Shown here: positions 63,866 to 64,000 of the stretch, piece after piece | How the letters are laid out: each line of letters begins with the position of its first letter | Position numbering within the stretch: the first letter of the stretch is position 1 | From: Mobula hypostoma | Lineage: Eukaryota | DNA length: 64,000 bases | Assembly: GCF_963921235.1 (NCBI RefSeq) | Contig: NC_086097.1 | Coordinates: 171,184,001 to 171,248,000 of the forward strand | Direction: 5' to 3' | Program-made: the position numbers and the translations under genes | Notes under the pieces: generated by a model | Database searches by the model: none | Told to the model about the DNA's origin: nothing | What the model saw: the letters and a program-made list of their open reading frames with translations, nothing else

Positions 63866-64000
63866 CAGCTTCAAACTCGCTGTGTTAGCCAAATAGCTGA
63901 TAAAGATGTATATTTGTGTATGTATCAAATAATGTAGTCATGTTTGTAATTTTTACCTCCCGGTAAAAATCCTTAAAAGGGGGGAAGTGTGACGAGAATA

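Larger units (their letters stand above)
59986..64000 (+). mobile_element. Gmr1-like Ty3/Gypsy LTR retrotransposon, internally condensed, with the 3' LTR running off the window
   Basis: 845-bp 5' LTR TGTGACGAGAATA…CGTAACA at 59986-60830, PBS, gag and pol remnant, PPT AAAAGGGGGGAAG, and an identical LTR start TGTGACGAGAATA at 63988. Confidence 0.93.

Overview
This is eukaryotic, vertebrate DNA. The repeat families (CR1, Rex1/Babar, V-SINEs, Penelope-like elements) point to a cartilaginous fish such as a ray or shark; that is an inference, not a database match. I can support no host protein-coding exon, rRNA, tRNA gene or CRISPR array. The window reads as intronic or intergenic DNA built from layered transposons. 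It holds many 5'-truncated CR1 and Rex1/Babar LINEs, an L1 3' end, an RTE-like LINE and V-SINEs. It also holds a near full-length HERO/R2-group element with a 16-bp TSD, Tc1, mariner, hAT and Harbinger DNA-transposon derivatives, two internally deleted Gypsy elements, Penelope-like RT and terminal fragments, and two minisatellites. One Gypsy is Gmr1-like, with a SCAN-like Gag and a perfect tRNA-Pro PBS. The most interesting signals are (1) 180-230 bp fold-back Penelope-end insertions with their own 12-14 bp TSDs and minimal hammerhead-ribozyme motifs, (2) a condensed Gmr1-like element whose pol is a largely open patchwork, (3) a mariner fold-back built from two right ends, and (4) an unexplained two-copy TG...CA repeat of about 860 bp. 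Boundaries of degraded repeats are approximate, to within tens of bp.
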